DNA of 64,000 nt. Origin: an uncultured archaeon. GTDB lineage: Archaea > Thermoproteota > Bathyarchaeia > Bathyarchaeales > Bathycorpusculaceae. The DNA lies in NCBI GenBank assembly GCA_963782915.1, contig CAWALK010000001.1:96001-160000 (forward strand). The letters run 5' to 3'. Under the pieces are notes generated by a model, which had not been told where the DNA came from, ran no database searches, and worked only from the letters and a program-made list of their open reading frames with translations. The translations under genes were made by a program, and so were the position numbers. Shown here piece by piece: positions 51,007-61,610 of the stretch (positions are counted from its first letter, which is position 1; each line of letters opens with the position of its first letter).

Positions 51007-52524
51007 ATGAAAGCTTTCATAGTACAGTTCCCATTCGGCGTAGCGGCCTTCGACGAAAAAAACCAATTAGTAGAGAAGGCGCTCTATCCAAAGAAGGCAC
51101 AAGCAGCAGCAAAAAGCCTCCTTAAAGCCGAAACGGGCAAATTAACAGACCAAGTTACATCACTAATAACATTACTCAAAACCATCGGGTACGACGTGTT
51201 TGTTTTCTCAAACGGCAAAATGGCAGAGGAAGTGCAGAATAAACTCAAAGTCACCGTTGAAGTTGCCACACCAGCCCAATCCGCAGTTCATAGCTCACGT
51301 ATGAGCGAAGTCGCAGTGGAATCAGGCTTCGTAGCAGACCAGCAAGAACTCGACGTCTGGAACCGCAGCGTAAGCATGGAACTCTCCAAACTACGCATAA
51401 AAGGCGCAACAGGCAAACGTGACTTAATCGTCGCACAAGGCATCCAAACACTCGACAGCCTAGACCAAACAGTTAACTTATTCATGGGCAGACTCCGCGA
51501 ATGGTACGGCGTCTACTTCCCAGAACTCGACCGCCTAATCGAGAAACACGAAACCTACAGTAGATTGGTCGTTAACTTAGGCAATAGAGAAAGCTTCACT
51601 GCAGAGAACCTTGAAGCAGAAAACATACCCAAAGAACGCTCACAAATCGTCGCAAAAGCCGCAGAAGCCTCAATGGGCGCAGATATGGCAGAACGCGACT
51701 TAGCACAGGTACAACAATTAGCCAAAGACGTATTAGCCTTCTATTTGCTGCGCAAAAGCATGGAAGAATACGTTGACAACACCATGGAAGAAATGGCCCC
51801 TAACATCAAAGCGGTTGCAGGAGCCCTCCTCGGTGCACGCATGATATCTCTAGCTGGCGGCTTACAAAACCTCGCCATGAGACCAGCAAGCACAATCCAA
51901 GTTTTAGGCGCAGAAAAAGCATTATTCCGCTCACTAAAAACTGGAGCACGCCCACCAAAACACGGCTTAATCTTCCAGCACACACTACTCCACGACGCTA
52001 AAAGGTGGCAACGTGGAAAGATTGCCCGTGTCATCGCAGGCAAACTCGCCATAGCAGCCCGTGCAGACGCTTTCGGAGAAGGCCACTACATCGGCGACAG
52101 ACTAAAAGAAGACATTAACAGACGCCTAGAAGAAATCCACACTAAATACAAAGAACCACCAGCACCAAAAGAAGTCAAACCGAGAGAAAAACGCGAAAGC
52201 TTCGGCTACCGAGAGGGCAGCGAACGCAAAGAAGGCGGCCAAGAACAACGTTTCAGCATCCCCCGACGCGACGGCCAAGCAGGCGGCGGCGAACAACGCG
52301 AACAACGCTTCGACAGACCCCCAAGACGTGAAGGCGGAGGAGGCGGCGGCTTTAGAGAACGCGACCGTGGTCCAAGACGTCACGGTGGCGGCGGTGGAGG
52401 AGGCGGAAGACGCTTTGGCGGAGGCGGCCACGGTGGTGGCGGACGAGATAGAGGCGATCGCCGCGGTGGAAGCAGTGGCGGCGGTCAAAATCGGGGACCA
52501 GACAGCAGTGCACGTCAAGCTTAA
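51007..52524 (+). CDS. nop5: Nop5 (Nop56/58) C/D snoRNP protein with Gly/Arg-rich C-terminal tail
   Basis: RLREWYGVYFPEL, MAPNI, PASTIQVLGAEKALF, PPKHGLIFQH, AIAARADAF. Confidence 0.95.
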   Translation: MKAFIVQFPFGVAAFDEKNQLVEKALYPKKAQAAAKSLLKAETGKLTDQVTSLITLLKTIGYDVFVFSNGKMAEEVQNKLKVTVEVATPAQSAVHSSRMSEVAVESGFVADQQELDVWNRSVSMELSKLRIKGATGKRDLIVAQGIQTLDSLDQTVNLFMGRLREWYGVYFPELDRLIEKHETYSRLVVNLGNRESFTAENLEAENIPKERSQIVAKAAEASMGADMAERDLAQVQQLAKDVLAFYLLRKSMEEYVDNTMEEMAPNIKAVAGALLGARMISLAGGLQNLAMRPASTIQVLGAEKALFRSLKTGARPPKHGLIFQHTLLHDAKRWQRGKIARVIAGKLAIAARADAFGEGHYIGDRLKEDINRRLEEIHTKYKEPPAPKEVKPREKRESFGYREGSERKEGGQEQRFSIPRRDGQAGGGEQREQRFDRPPRREGGGGGGFRERDRGPRRHGGGGGGGGRRFGGGGHGGGGRDRGDRRGGSSGGGQNRGPDSSARQA

Positions 52525-53209
52525 AGAACACCCTAAATTCAAAGAAATCTATCAAGTCATGCTTGAAGACGGCGCCCAGCGGTTAGCAACAAAAAACTTA
52601 ACCCCTGGCTTAAACGTCTACGGCGAACGACTAGTCAAATTCGCACACATCGAATACCGCATATGGGACGCCTTCAGAAGCAAACTCGCAGGCGCCATTA
52701 TCAAGGGCTTGCAAAACGTGCCAATAGGACCAGGAAGTAAAGTGCTTTATTTAGGCGCAGCTTCAGGCACTACACCCAGCCATGTCTCAGATATTGTCGG
52801 CGAAACAGGTTATGTTTACTGTGTCGAATTCGCACAGCGCTCACTACGCGACTTAGTCAACAACGTTGCAGCTTTCCGCTCAAACATTTCACCAATGCTC
52901 GAAGACGCACGCATGCCCGAACGCTATGCCATGTTTATCTCAGGGAAAGTTGACGTAATCTACTGTGACGTAGCACAACCCGAACAAGCAAAGCTCCTCG
53001 CAGACAACGCAGACGTTTTCCTCAAGCCAGAGGGATGGGTTATGTTAGCATGCAAATCGCAGAGCATCGACGTGACAATGGCACCGCAAGCAGTCTATGA
53101 ACAGGAAGCACGCATCTTGCGCAAACGGGGCTATGATGTTAAAGAAATCGTGGAGTTAGACCCCTACGATATTGCGCATGCCATGATTGTAGCGCAGAAA
53201 ACTGCTTAA
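52508..53209 (+). CDS. flpA: Fibrillarin-like rRNA/tRNA 2'-O-methyltransferase
   Basis: VYGE, EYRIWDAFRSKLA, VLYLGAASGTT.SHVSD, DVAQPEQA. Likely GTG start at 52508. Confidence 0.95.
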   Translation: MHVKLKEHPKFKEIYQVMLEDGAQRLATKNLTPGLNVYGERLVKFAHIEYRIWDAFRSKLAGAIIKGLQNVPIGPGSKVLYLGAASGTTPSHVSDIVGETGYVYCVEFAQRSLRDLVNNVAAFRSNISPMLEDARMPERYAMFISGKVDVIYCDVAQPEQAKLLADNADVFLKPEGWVMLACKSQSIDVTMAPQAVYEQEARILRKRGYDVKEIVELDPYDIAHAMIVAQKTA

Positions 53210-53320
53210 TCTTTATTTTTTTTATCTCTAAAGATTTAGGTATTTTGGCTGTAAAGCTTGTTTAATGCAGCCTGAAGCTGACCGGGCGCAAAATACGCCA
53301 AAGCACTCGGACAGCATAAT

Positions 53321-53372
53321 CCATTGGTTGTTGTAGTGTATAGGTGCTTTATGACAACTACTATCAGAAAAC
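53321..53372 (+). repeat. Repeat family B, copy 2
   Basis: CCATTGGTTGTTGTAGTGTATAGG...ACAACTACTATCAGAA; the first 24 nt differ from 23711-23734 at one position. Confidence 0.75.
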
Positions 53373-53475
53373 AGAACGCCCCATTTTTCATCTACTTTAT
53401 ACCAAATGGCTAAAGTAGATACAACTGAGAAATTCAAACAGTAATCGACCCAAGGGCATTCAACAACCCCCTATG

Positions 53476-53820
53476 TTAGGCGCGACCCTCATTGGGCAAA
53501 TCAGGTTCACCACACGGCTTAAAAATAATCACCAACCACATATCCGGATCACTCTTAACCACATAACCATACTGACCCGCCACCACCTCAAGGCAATGCA
53601 GTTTAGCCAAATCCGCCTTCATTATCAAATGAACCTGATACCCTTTTGAAAGCACATCCGACTCCTCAGGCGTCTTTAGCATGATGGAGGTGCCGCGTAT
53701 GCTTTCGCATTCTTCATTGATTTCTTTGATTAAACTAACTGCTTCTTGTCTATTCAAAAAAAACTGTTCCCCATAAAAGAGATGGTTGAATATGCTCTTA
53801 TTGTTTACGAAAACATCCAA
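53476..53820 (-). CDS. Hypothetical protein
   Basis: 114-aa ORF with no recognised motif. Confidence 0.55.
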   Translation of the reverse strand: MDVFVNNKSIFNHLFYGEQFFLNRQEAVSLIKEINEECESIRGTSIMLKTPEESDVLSKGYQVHLIMKADLAKLHCLEVVAGQYGYVVKSDPDMWLVIIFKPCGEPDLPNEGRA

Positions 53821-53905
53821 TGTAGCCCCGCCGTTTTTGGGGGTTAGTATAGAAAATTAAATAAGCGCAATGAAACGTCATCGATTGGAGAGAGGGAAAA
53901 CCAAT

Positions 53906-54034
53906 ATGGACATTTGGGTAATCATACAGGCGTTTGCTTTCATAGCATTCCTATCATTTAGCTCCTATTTGACCAACAGACAAATAACTAAACATCTCAA
54001 GAAACAGAAACAGAACCAAGCGATTCTCCTGTAA
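53906..54034 (+). CDS. Possible small single-TM protein (42 aa)
   Basis: MDIWVIIQAFAFIAFLSFSSYLTNRQITKHLKKQKQNQAILL, preceded by GAGGGA. Confidence 0.45.
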   Translation: MDIWVIIQAFAFIAFLSFSSYLTNRQITKHLKKQKQNQAILL

Positions 54035-54099
54035 AGGGCTGAACCAAAAAACCTTAAAATAACAAGCACCCCATCAAACTGGCAATTGAGGGGGATACT

Positions 54100-54831
54100 T
54101 TGAGCTTAGCAGTACAAGCAAACACATTAACAAAGCAGTTTGGGCAAATCAAAGCCGTAGACGGCGTCAGCTTCAACATTAAACCAGGAGAAATCTTCGG
54201 TTTAATCGGACCCAACGGAGCAGGCAAAACCACAAGCATCCGAATGGTCTGTACATTAATCAAGCCAACATCTGGTAACATCAATATTTTCGGGTACGAT
54301 GCCGTAAATCAGGCAGAGAAAGCGCGCCAAATCATCACTTATCTCCCGGAAGAATCAGGCGTCTACCCCAACCTCACAGGCTGGGAATACCTGAATTTCA
54401 TGGCTAAACTCCAAGCCGCACCCGGCACAAACATAAAAGACGTCATTAACGAGGCAGCCGAAATCTGCGGTTTAGGTGACCGATTAAAAGACAAAGCCAA
54501 AACGTATAGCAAAGGCATGAAACGGCGCTTGCTCGTTGCTCGCGCCTTGATGACTAAACCCAAGTTGGCGGTGCTCGATGAACCCGCAAGCGGCTTAGAC
54601 GTAATGTATGCTTATCATATCCGAGAAATCGTTAAAACCTACGTCAAAGAACACGGCGTAACCGTGCTGCTTAGCAGCCACAATATGCTGGAAGTAGAGC
54701 ACCTATGCAACCGCGTAGCCCTCGTTAACAAGGGTCATTTGGTGCTTGAAGGGGAACCTAAAGAGCTTAAAGGACGCTACAAATGCGAGAACCTTGAGGA
54801 AGTTTTCATGAAGGTGGTTGGTTATGCTTAA
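54100..54831 (+). CDS. ABC transporter ATP-binding protein (NatA-like)
   Basis: GPNGAGKTT, YSKGMKRR, LDEPASGLD. Confidence 0.95.
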   Translation: MSLAVQANTLTKQFGQIKAVDGVSFNIKPGEIFGLIGPNGAGKTTSIRMVCTLIKPTSGNINIFGYDAVNQAEKARQIITYLPEESGVYPNLTGWEYLNFMAKLQAAPGTNIKDVINEAAEICGLGDRLKDKAKTYSKGMKRRLLVARALMTKPKLAVLDEPASGLDVMYAYHIREIVKTYVKEHGVTVLLSSHNMLEVEHLCNRVALVNKGHLVLEGEPKELKGRYKCENLEEVFMKVVGYA

Positions 54832-56116
54832 GGGTTTTACAACTATTTTGCTAAAAGAACTCAAAGAACTCATGCGTGACCCCAAAATCCTCATCGGCAT
54901 GATAGTATTGCCGCTGATTATGTTCCCAGTGATGGGTTTAGTCATGGGTTACGCGGTGGAAACAGCGCAGAACGAAGCGCTCAAATCCAATTTGCTAGTT
55001 GTTGATAATGATGGCGGCATCTGGAGTAACGCCTTTGTTAATTATACGAGTTACGCCATGAACGTCGTAGTCATAAACAACACTACGCCCCAGCAAGTAG
55101 TTGATCAGGGTTTACTTGAGAAGAATAATTGCAGCATGTTTGTGCTGTTACCGCAGGGTTTTAGTGCGAATCTCACTAGGCATACAGCGGGCGAAGGCAA
55201 CGTCACCGGCACAGTGGGCATGTACGGCGTCTTCAACGGTGGAGGCGGACTCTTCAGCGGTATCGGCACCTCAAGCGTCACCGCTTTGGTTGAGGGCTTT
55301 AACCGCGCCGTTGCACCCGACTTAGTCGTGGCTTCACAGTCCAGCATCATAAAAGGGCAGATCCAGGAAGGCATAGACTCCAGTGTTTTGGGTACCATGA
55401 TGCTTACCCAATCAATTGCTTTGCCCATTACGATTATGGTTATGTTGACTTATGCTATGCAAATTGCCGCCACCAGCGTTGCTATGGAAAAAGAAGAGAA
55501 AACCCTTGAGACGCTTTTGACTGTTCCAGTTGACCGCTTTGCCATCTTAATGGGTAAAGTTTCAAGCACCATTATCGTCGCAGGCGTTGCTGCAGTAACC
55601 GTGCTAATCGGCTACAATTACATGCTTGGCTCCTTAACCACGGGCATCTCTGGCAGCGTTGGCAGCGGAGTCGATTTAGTCGCGCTCGGTTTAGTGCCAT
55701 CGTTTGGTGGCTACGTATTACTCGGCATTAGCTTATTCTGTACATTGCTCTCTGCACTCGCACTAGCTGTAGTCATGTCGGCGTTCAGCGAAAATGTCCG
55801 TGGCGCACAAGCACTCGTCGGCTACATCTACCCACTCATCTTCCTGCCCGCAATGGCACTAATGTACCTTGACATCAACTCGCTTCCGATGGCACTGCAA
55901 GCAGTGTTCTATGCGATTCCATACAGCCACCCCATCATCGCTTCCAAAGCAGTCGTTACAGGCGACTACTTAACCGTCGTCTTTGGCATCGTTTACGTCG
56001 CAGTCTTCACGTTAGTCATAATGTACGTTGCTTCTCGGTTGTTTGCTACAGAGAAAATTTTGACTGCAAAGTTGGCGTTGGGTAAGAAGGGCAACAAAAA
56101 ACAGTCAAGCGAGTAA
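54824..56116 (+). CDS. ABC-2 transporter permease (NatB-like)
   Basis: KELKELMRD, AMEKEEKTLETLLTVPV...ILMGK; multi-TM. Confidence 0.9.
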   Translation: MLKGFTTILLKELKELMRDPKILIGMIVLPLIMFPVMGLVMGYAVETAQNEALKSNLLVVDNDGGIWSNAFVNYTSYAMNVVVINNTTPQQVVDQGLLEKNNCSMFVLLPQGFSANLTRHTAGEGNVTGTVGMYGVFNGGGGLFSGIGTSSVTALVEGFNRAVAPDLVVASQSSIIKGQIQEGIDSSVLGTMMLTQSIALPITIMVMLTYAMQIAATSVAMEKEEKTLETLLTVPVDRFAILMGKVSSTIIVAGVAAVTVLIGYNYMLGSLTTGISGSVGSGVDLVALGLVPSFGGYVLLGISLFCTLLSALALAVVMSAFSENVRGAQALVGYIYPLIFLPAMALMYLDINSLPMALQAVFYAIPYSHPIIASKAVVTGDYLTVVFGIVYVAVFTLVIMYVASRLFATEKILTAKLALGKKGNKKQSSE

Positions 56117-56577
56117 ACCTCGCCCTTTTTTGGGCTTATCTGGGAATCACGCGACGTTTCGCATGTAATTCCCCTCAGATATTTTTCAGGACATTAAATT
56201 TGTTGGCAATTTATTTTTTTTATTATTGGTTGCTGCTTTGGACCTCTATTATTTCAACAACAACCAACGCTTTGTGCTATGGGCTGATTTTTTGGTTTAG
56301 GCATGAATGGGCATTGCAGGTTGGTTGTGCAGTAAACCGCAAGCTCCACAGCCAAAAAAATTATTCTGCTAATAGGAAAAGGGAGGTGCCAAACAAAACA
56401 TTACCGAATAAGGCCAGTCTAGCTAGCAACCTATCGAAAGCCAAAACTTTCCCAACCTAAACCAAGCCAGTGCTTATATGTTTTTGTTGTTGTACAACGT
56501 TAGCCACATTTTTTAATTAACTTGTCAGGAGAGATACTAAATTAATTCAGGCTTGCAAAAAAGTTTGAGGTGTTTTT

Positions 56578-56778
56578 ATGGAAACGATTTTAAAACAAAT
56601 CCAACAACGAGAGACCCCCCAAAGAGAAACTTTTAACAACTCACACAGGTACATGCCCCGAGTCCACGAAGTACGCGCGCCTTGCCAATGGCTTGAACAT
56701 TGTGAGGATGGAAAATGCCCCGCATTTGTGAGGTTAAACGGAAACTTTTACTGCGCCAAGATCCGTGCGCAAACCTAA
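56578..56778 (+). CDS. Small Cys-containing hypothetical protein
   Basis: GAGGTG SD; PCQWLEHCEDGKCP...FYCAK (4 Cys). Confidence 0.65.
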   Translation: METILKQIQQRETPQRETFNNSHRYMPRVHEVRAPCQWLEHCEDGKCPAFVRLNGNFYCAKIRAQT

Positions 56779-56862
56779 TTTTCCCTTTTTAAAAAATAGT
56801 TAAACTCGCAAACGTAAAATAGAAAATCAAAGCCTCGAAGAAAAAGTAAGAAAAATAGGCAT

Positions 56863-57291
56863 CTATCTTACTAATATAACTGTGCAGATCAGCGAACGCA
56901 TCACTTTCTCGCTAATACTACCCAAAAACATACCCTTCACTTTACCAAGACCCCGATGCCCAACCACTACCACATCAAAATTTCCCTCATTAGCGGCAGC
57001 AACAATCTCCGATGCGGGGTCACCCTCGCGTAAACTCGTTGAAACATTAACTGCAGGATGGGAACTCTTTGCGTGAGCTAGAGCTTTCTCTAAAATATCT
57101 TCGTGGATTTTGCGTAAATCACGGGCTACCGAAACCATGCCATCACCGGTGTAAGCGGCAACCGCTGAGGATTCACTAACATTAACGACTGTTAGAGACG
57201 CCGAATATTTCTCCGCAAAGTCTAGTGCGAAATCTAGTGCTCTCTGCGAATTTTCAGAGCCATCCACTGCAACCAAAACATTACCAATCAA
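56863..57291 (-). CDS. Universal stress protein
   Basis: VLVAVDGSENS, GDPASEI, VVVGHRGLG...FLGSISEKV. Confidence 0.93.
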   Translation of the reverse strand: MIGNVLVAVDGSENSQRALDFALDFAEKYSASLTVVNVSESSAVAAYTGDGMVSVARDLRKIHEDILEKALAHAKSSHPAVNVSTSLREGDPASEIVAAANEGNFDVVVVGHRGLGKVKGMFLGSISEKVMRSLICTVILVR

Positions 57292-57474
57292 ACATAATAC
57301 CCATACAATAATTCCCAATTTGAAGCATTAAGCTTTTCTACCAACCGCTAACCCATCAAGCAAAGCATGGAGATTCGTTTAAGAAATATAAGGCTAAAGT
57401 GCTATGTTATCTAGCTAATAGAGAAACTTTGCGGGTGTACAGCGATAAATAAGTATAGCCAAATCCTAACTATT

Positions 57475-59095
57475 TTGCTTATTACATTAGCGTTTTTACC
57501 AGCACTCGTCATGCCTTTCAACGTCCTACCCGTGCAAGCTGCGGAAACTGACCCCGCATCTTCATGGTCTACTATGGCAACGATGCCAACCGCGCGAGGA
57601 GGATTCGGCATAGCCGTAGTCAACGGAAGAATATACGCCATAGGTGGAGTAAACGGCGATAACAAAGCTTTGAGCACGGTTGAAGAGTACAATCCTTTAA
57701 CGAATGAGTGGTCTAGCAAAATGTCTATGCCCACACCCCGAACAGGCTTTGCTATATCGGTGTATGGCGACAAAATCTATGCGATAGGCGGAACCGTCGG
57801 AAACGGCTATGTTGGCAACAACGAGGTATACGATCCAGTAACGAATACTTGGACAACAAAAGCGTCCATGCCTACCCCTAGAGCTGACTTATCAGCTAAT
57901 GTAGTTAATGATAAAATGTATCTTATTGGCGGAAAAAGATACAGCGGACAAGACCCCTTCTATAAAGAAACTGACATAAACGAATGCTATGACCCCGCAA
58001 CTGATAGCTGGAGCACAAAAGCTTCTCTTCCAACCGCCACTCAAGGGTACGGTTCTGCGGTTGTCGATAACAAAATCTATGTTATCGGCGGCTCAAAAAC
58101 TCCAATATCCTCCGGCATAAGTAGCATTATCAACAATAACCAAGTGTATGATTCACAAACTGACCAATGGGCTATAGCAGCACCTATTAGCAGTTTATCG
58201 AGCTATGGCGCAGCAGCTGCCACAGAAGGCTATCTTGCACCCAAAGCTATCTACTATGTTGGCGGCTTCACCGGCGGCGAATTTAGCGATCAAACAAAAA
58301 TCTACACTTTATCCAATAATTCGTGGAGCTTCACCGAAGCAATGCCGACTGCCCGAGCATACTTGGGTTTAGCAGTTGTCAATGATGTTTTTTATGCAAT
58401 CGGCGGTTTCGATGGAACCAACTGGTTAAACACTAATGAACAGTACAAACCCGTAGGATACGGATCAGTTGCGCCAAGAGTGCAAATTACTTCGCCCGAA
58501 AACAAAACCTACCAATCAGTATCTCTGGTTTTTACAGTTAACAGGGGCACTCAATGGATGGGTTACAGCCTAGATGGAAAAGCCAACCTGACTATAACAT
58601 CGGAAACTAAACTTACCGGTCTCTCACAAGGCGCACACCAAATAGCACTCTATGCTAACGACAGCGCCGGCAACATGGGGGCCTCAGGCATAGTTCATTT
58701 TTCGATTGATTCCAAAGCGCCAACAATAGTACTAATGCAACCAGGAAATCAATCATATGATTCAGCCGATGTGCAGTTGATGTTTGCTGTCGACGAAACG
58801 AATGCAACTTTAGCTTACAGTCTAGATGGGCAAACAAGTGTACAGATAATTGGAAACATGAGTTTGGTTGCGCTCTCAAATGGAGCTCATCGGGTTACAG
58901 TTTTTGCAACCGACGACGTTGGGTAATAACGCCGAAAAAACAGTGTACTTTAACATAGCGCCTTTTCCGTGGTTACTGGTTGTTGCTGTGTTGACTATCA
59001 TTATTATCGTGGCTGCAGTAGGTTACATTGCGATTAAAAGGAAAAAAACGGGTGCTGTTACGCCAGCATCCTTGCCTGTTGCTAAGCAAAATTAG
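57475..59095 (+). CDS. Secreted/membrane-anchored Kelch-repeat protein with Ig-like repeats (frameshift at about 58920)
   Basis: Repeated MPTxR...IYAIGG...YxP..NxW; YSLDG repeats; C-terminal TM plus KRKK. Confidence 0.88.
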
Positions 59096-59397
59096 GTTAA
59101 CTTCGAAAGAAGCCCTAAGAGCGCACCAATTACGACCAGTATACCACCGATTCCACCTGCTATTATGCCCAAAATCAGAAGTACGATTGCCCAGCCCAAA
59201 TTACCCACATATTTAGAACCAATCACGCATATTATGCCTATAATTAGCTGTATTACCCCGCTTGCGAGTGCACCAACAGCGCTTAATGCCGAAAAAGCAA
59301 GGAAAGGCGATCCAATGATGGTAAGTAAAGCAAGAATAATAATTATGATGCCGCCGACTAACGCCAAAATATAGCCTGCATAAGATAAAGTAGCCAA
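59092..59397 (-). CDS. Small Gly/Ile-rich membrane protein
   Basis: GGAGGTGA SD; 3-4 TM segments. Confidence 0.75.
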   Translation of the reverse strand: MATLSYAGYILALVGGIIIIILALLTIIGSPFLAFSALSAVGALASGVIQLIIGIICVIGSKYVGNLGWAIVLLILGIIAGGIGGILVVIGALLGLLSKLT

Positions 59398-59576
59398 TTT
59401 AACAATTCACCTCCATAAAAGACAACCAACAAAAAAGTTGCAGAAACCGTTCTCCTAATCAGCCAAGAGATTATGAGGTTTTAAGTCTTTGTGGTTGTAT
59501 GCCAACTCTAACAGTGGAACATGGATAATTTTAATTAAACAGGACACCACGCAATTCAGGGAGGAGCCACTTAGTA

Positions 59577-59828
59577 ATGGGTTACCAAATTGATTACGCT
59601 GCAGGCGAACGGGCAGGTTGTTCATCGCAGATAACAATCGCCGACAGAATCTTCTACTCTAAACATTTCGCTGCTTCGCCGTCACGGTTTTTCTCAGCGG
59701 ACCAGCAGGCTGTGGTTGAGAAAGAAATTTCTAAAGCTGAATTCGAGTTGTGGATAGGCATCTTAGCAGATAGCGAAGCGGAAGCAGCTGAAGCTATTAA
59801 GAAAATGTCGCATGGCAAAAAATATTAG
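59577..59828 (+). CDS. Hypothetical protein
   Basis: GGAGGAG upstream; 83-aa ORF. Confidence 0.65.
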   Translation: MGYQIDYAAGERAGCSSQITIADRIFYSKHFAASPSRFFSADQQAVVEKEISKAEFELWIGILADSEAEAAEAIKKMSHGKKY

Positions 59829-59831
59829 CTC

Positions 59832-60581
59832 TTAGATGTCTCTCCAACGGGTCTTCTTTATTGCCACATAAAGTATGACGGCGCAGACGCCTAAGAGAAC
59901 TGCCCAATCCAGCGCAACTCTTGCAGTTGATAATTCAAGATAACCCATTGTTGAATGCATAATTTCTGCAGCATATGTTGTCGGGGAGAGATATGCTAAA
60001 TAATTCAATGGATAAGGCACCAGAGTTATTGGGTAATAAACAGGCGGCAACGTAGCAAACAACAGTGAAAGTAGCCTAGAGAACGCGTAACTCTGCACTA
60101 CATCACTGGAAAAAGTCGAGAGCATAAAGCCGATTGCGACTGATATAGCAAACATCAGCGCCAAAACAGTAGCCAAGATGGCTATTTGGATTAGGGACGG
60201 CTGCAAATAAATGGCGGCGAGCGCGATAAGGATGGCTATGCCGGGGATTGAGTAAACTATCTCCGCCAATGCCATACCGCCCATGTACATATTAGCGCTA
60301 GTCGGCGAACTTACAATCATATCTTGGAGTTTGAAATCATTTTTTAGATGTGAGAGGTCTGATTGTAGTGCGATGCCGCTTGAGAAGAAAATCATGATTA
60401 ACCCGCCTAAAATGGCTGTACCTAACAAGGCACCGCCGCTGACAAAAGTGATAACCGCCAACAGTGACAGCGGTGAAATCACTGTGCTAATGGTAACTAC
60501 GGGGTAATTTTTCATTTCATAGATAGCATTAACCAGCACTCCCGCGAGGATTTGGCTTAATCTGTTACGCTTCATTTTCAT
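59832..60581 (-). CDS. ABC-2 transporter permease
   Basis: Six TM segments; PPVYYPI..P...YLSPTTYA. Confidence 0.88.
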   Translation of the reverse strand: MKMKRNRLSQILAGVLVNAIYEMKNYPVVTISTVISPLSLLAVITFVSGGALLGTAILGGLIMIFFSSGIALQSDLSHLKNDFKLQDMIVSSPTSANMYMGGMALAEIVYSIPGIAILIALAAIYLQPSLIQIAILATVLALMFAISVAIGFMLSTFSSDVVQSYAFSRLLSLLFATLPPVYYPITLVPYPLNYLAYLSPTTYAAEIMHSTMGYLELSTARVALDWAVLLGVCAVILYVAIKKTRWRDI

Positions 60582-61476
60582 CCTCCGCTTTTTGCTCCAC
60601 TAGACGGAAGAAAATATCATCCAAGGTAACAGGTGAAATGGAAAATTTTTGGCCTTGTTCTGAAAGCAATTTTGCTAAGTTGAAGGCTTCTTTTTCATTG
60701 GTCATTACTTGAGTGTAACCAGTAGGACTGATTGTTACTTCTGCATCCTCTAAGGGTGGAATCTGCACTTTAGAGGATAATTTTACGCTGTATTGATATT
60801 TTGAGCTTTTTCTTAACTCTGAGAGGGTGCCCATTGAGACTAGTTTTCCTTCTTTTAGGATACCGATTTTGTCTGCTAGTTGCTCTGCTTCTTCAAGGTA
60901 ATGCGTTGTTAGGAAGATGAAGCGAGTTTTACCTAAATCACGGAGGATATCCCAGAGTTCACGCCTAGAAATGGGGTCAAGCCCAGTTGTGGGTTCATCG
61001 AGGAATATGATGTCTGCTTCTGATGCGGTTACGGTGGCGATGAGTACTTTGCGTTTGGTTCCACCGGACAGTTTACTGTTAAGTATATTGGCATATTGCT
61101 CTAACCCCAGCTTCGTTAGTGACTCACACGCAAGCCGATTCGCTTCTTTGTAGGGGTAGCCCCGCCAGAGTAGATATGAGAAGACAGTTTGTTTTGGGGT
61201 CATCCATCGGATTGTTCGGGCTTCTTGTGGTACAATCGCGATTCTCTCGCGCAATTTACTGGTTTTAGTTAGTATGTCTAAGTCGTTTATGCTCGCTGAA
61301 CCTGAAGTTGGTTCAAGTTCAGTGGAGAGTATGCGTATAAGAGTTGTTTTTCCTGCGCCGTTTCTGCCTATTAACCCAAAAATGCCCTTAGTATCAACTG
61401 ATAAGCTGACGTTGTCAAGTGCTGTGCGGTGGTCCGTGTAAACCTTCGTTAACCCATTGCATTCGAGCTTACCCAT
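60565..61476 (-). CDS. ABC transporter ATP-binding protein
   Basis: GRNGAGKTT, LSGGTKRK, FLDEPTTGLD. Confidence 0.95.
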   Translation of the reverse strand: MGKLECNGLTKVYTDHRTALDNVSLSVDTKGIFGLIGRNGAGKTTLIRILSTELEPTSGSASINDLDILTKTSKLRERIAIVPQEARTIRWMTPKQTVFSYLLWRGYPYKEANRLACESLTKLGLEQYANILNSKLSGGTKRKVLIATVTASEADIIFLDEPTTGLDPISRRELWDILRDLGKTRFIFLTTHYLEEAEQLADKIGILKEGKLVSMGTLSELRKSSKYQYSVKLSSKVQIPPLEDAEVTISPTGYTQVMTNEKEAFNLAKLLSEQGQKFSISPVTLDDIFFRLVEQKAEDENEA

Positions 61477-61610
61477 AGCTCAACATCCATAAAACACCAT
61501 GTTTATGTTTTTAAGGAGTTTACGTAGCCCCAACTAAAAACATTCCTAATTACCGACAAACATATTTTATACCTTACTCAAACTGCTAAATATCACAAAG
61601 AGGAAAACAT

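Noticed and set aside
52328-52507. Ala/Val/Glu-rich N-terminal extension of fibrillarin in the ORF track
   Set aside because: It is the +1 reading of the Gly/Arg-rich Nop5 tail; fibrillarin homology starts near GTG 52508.
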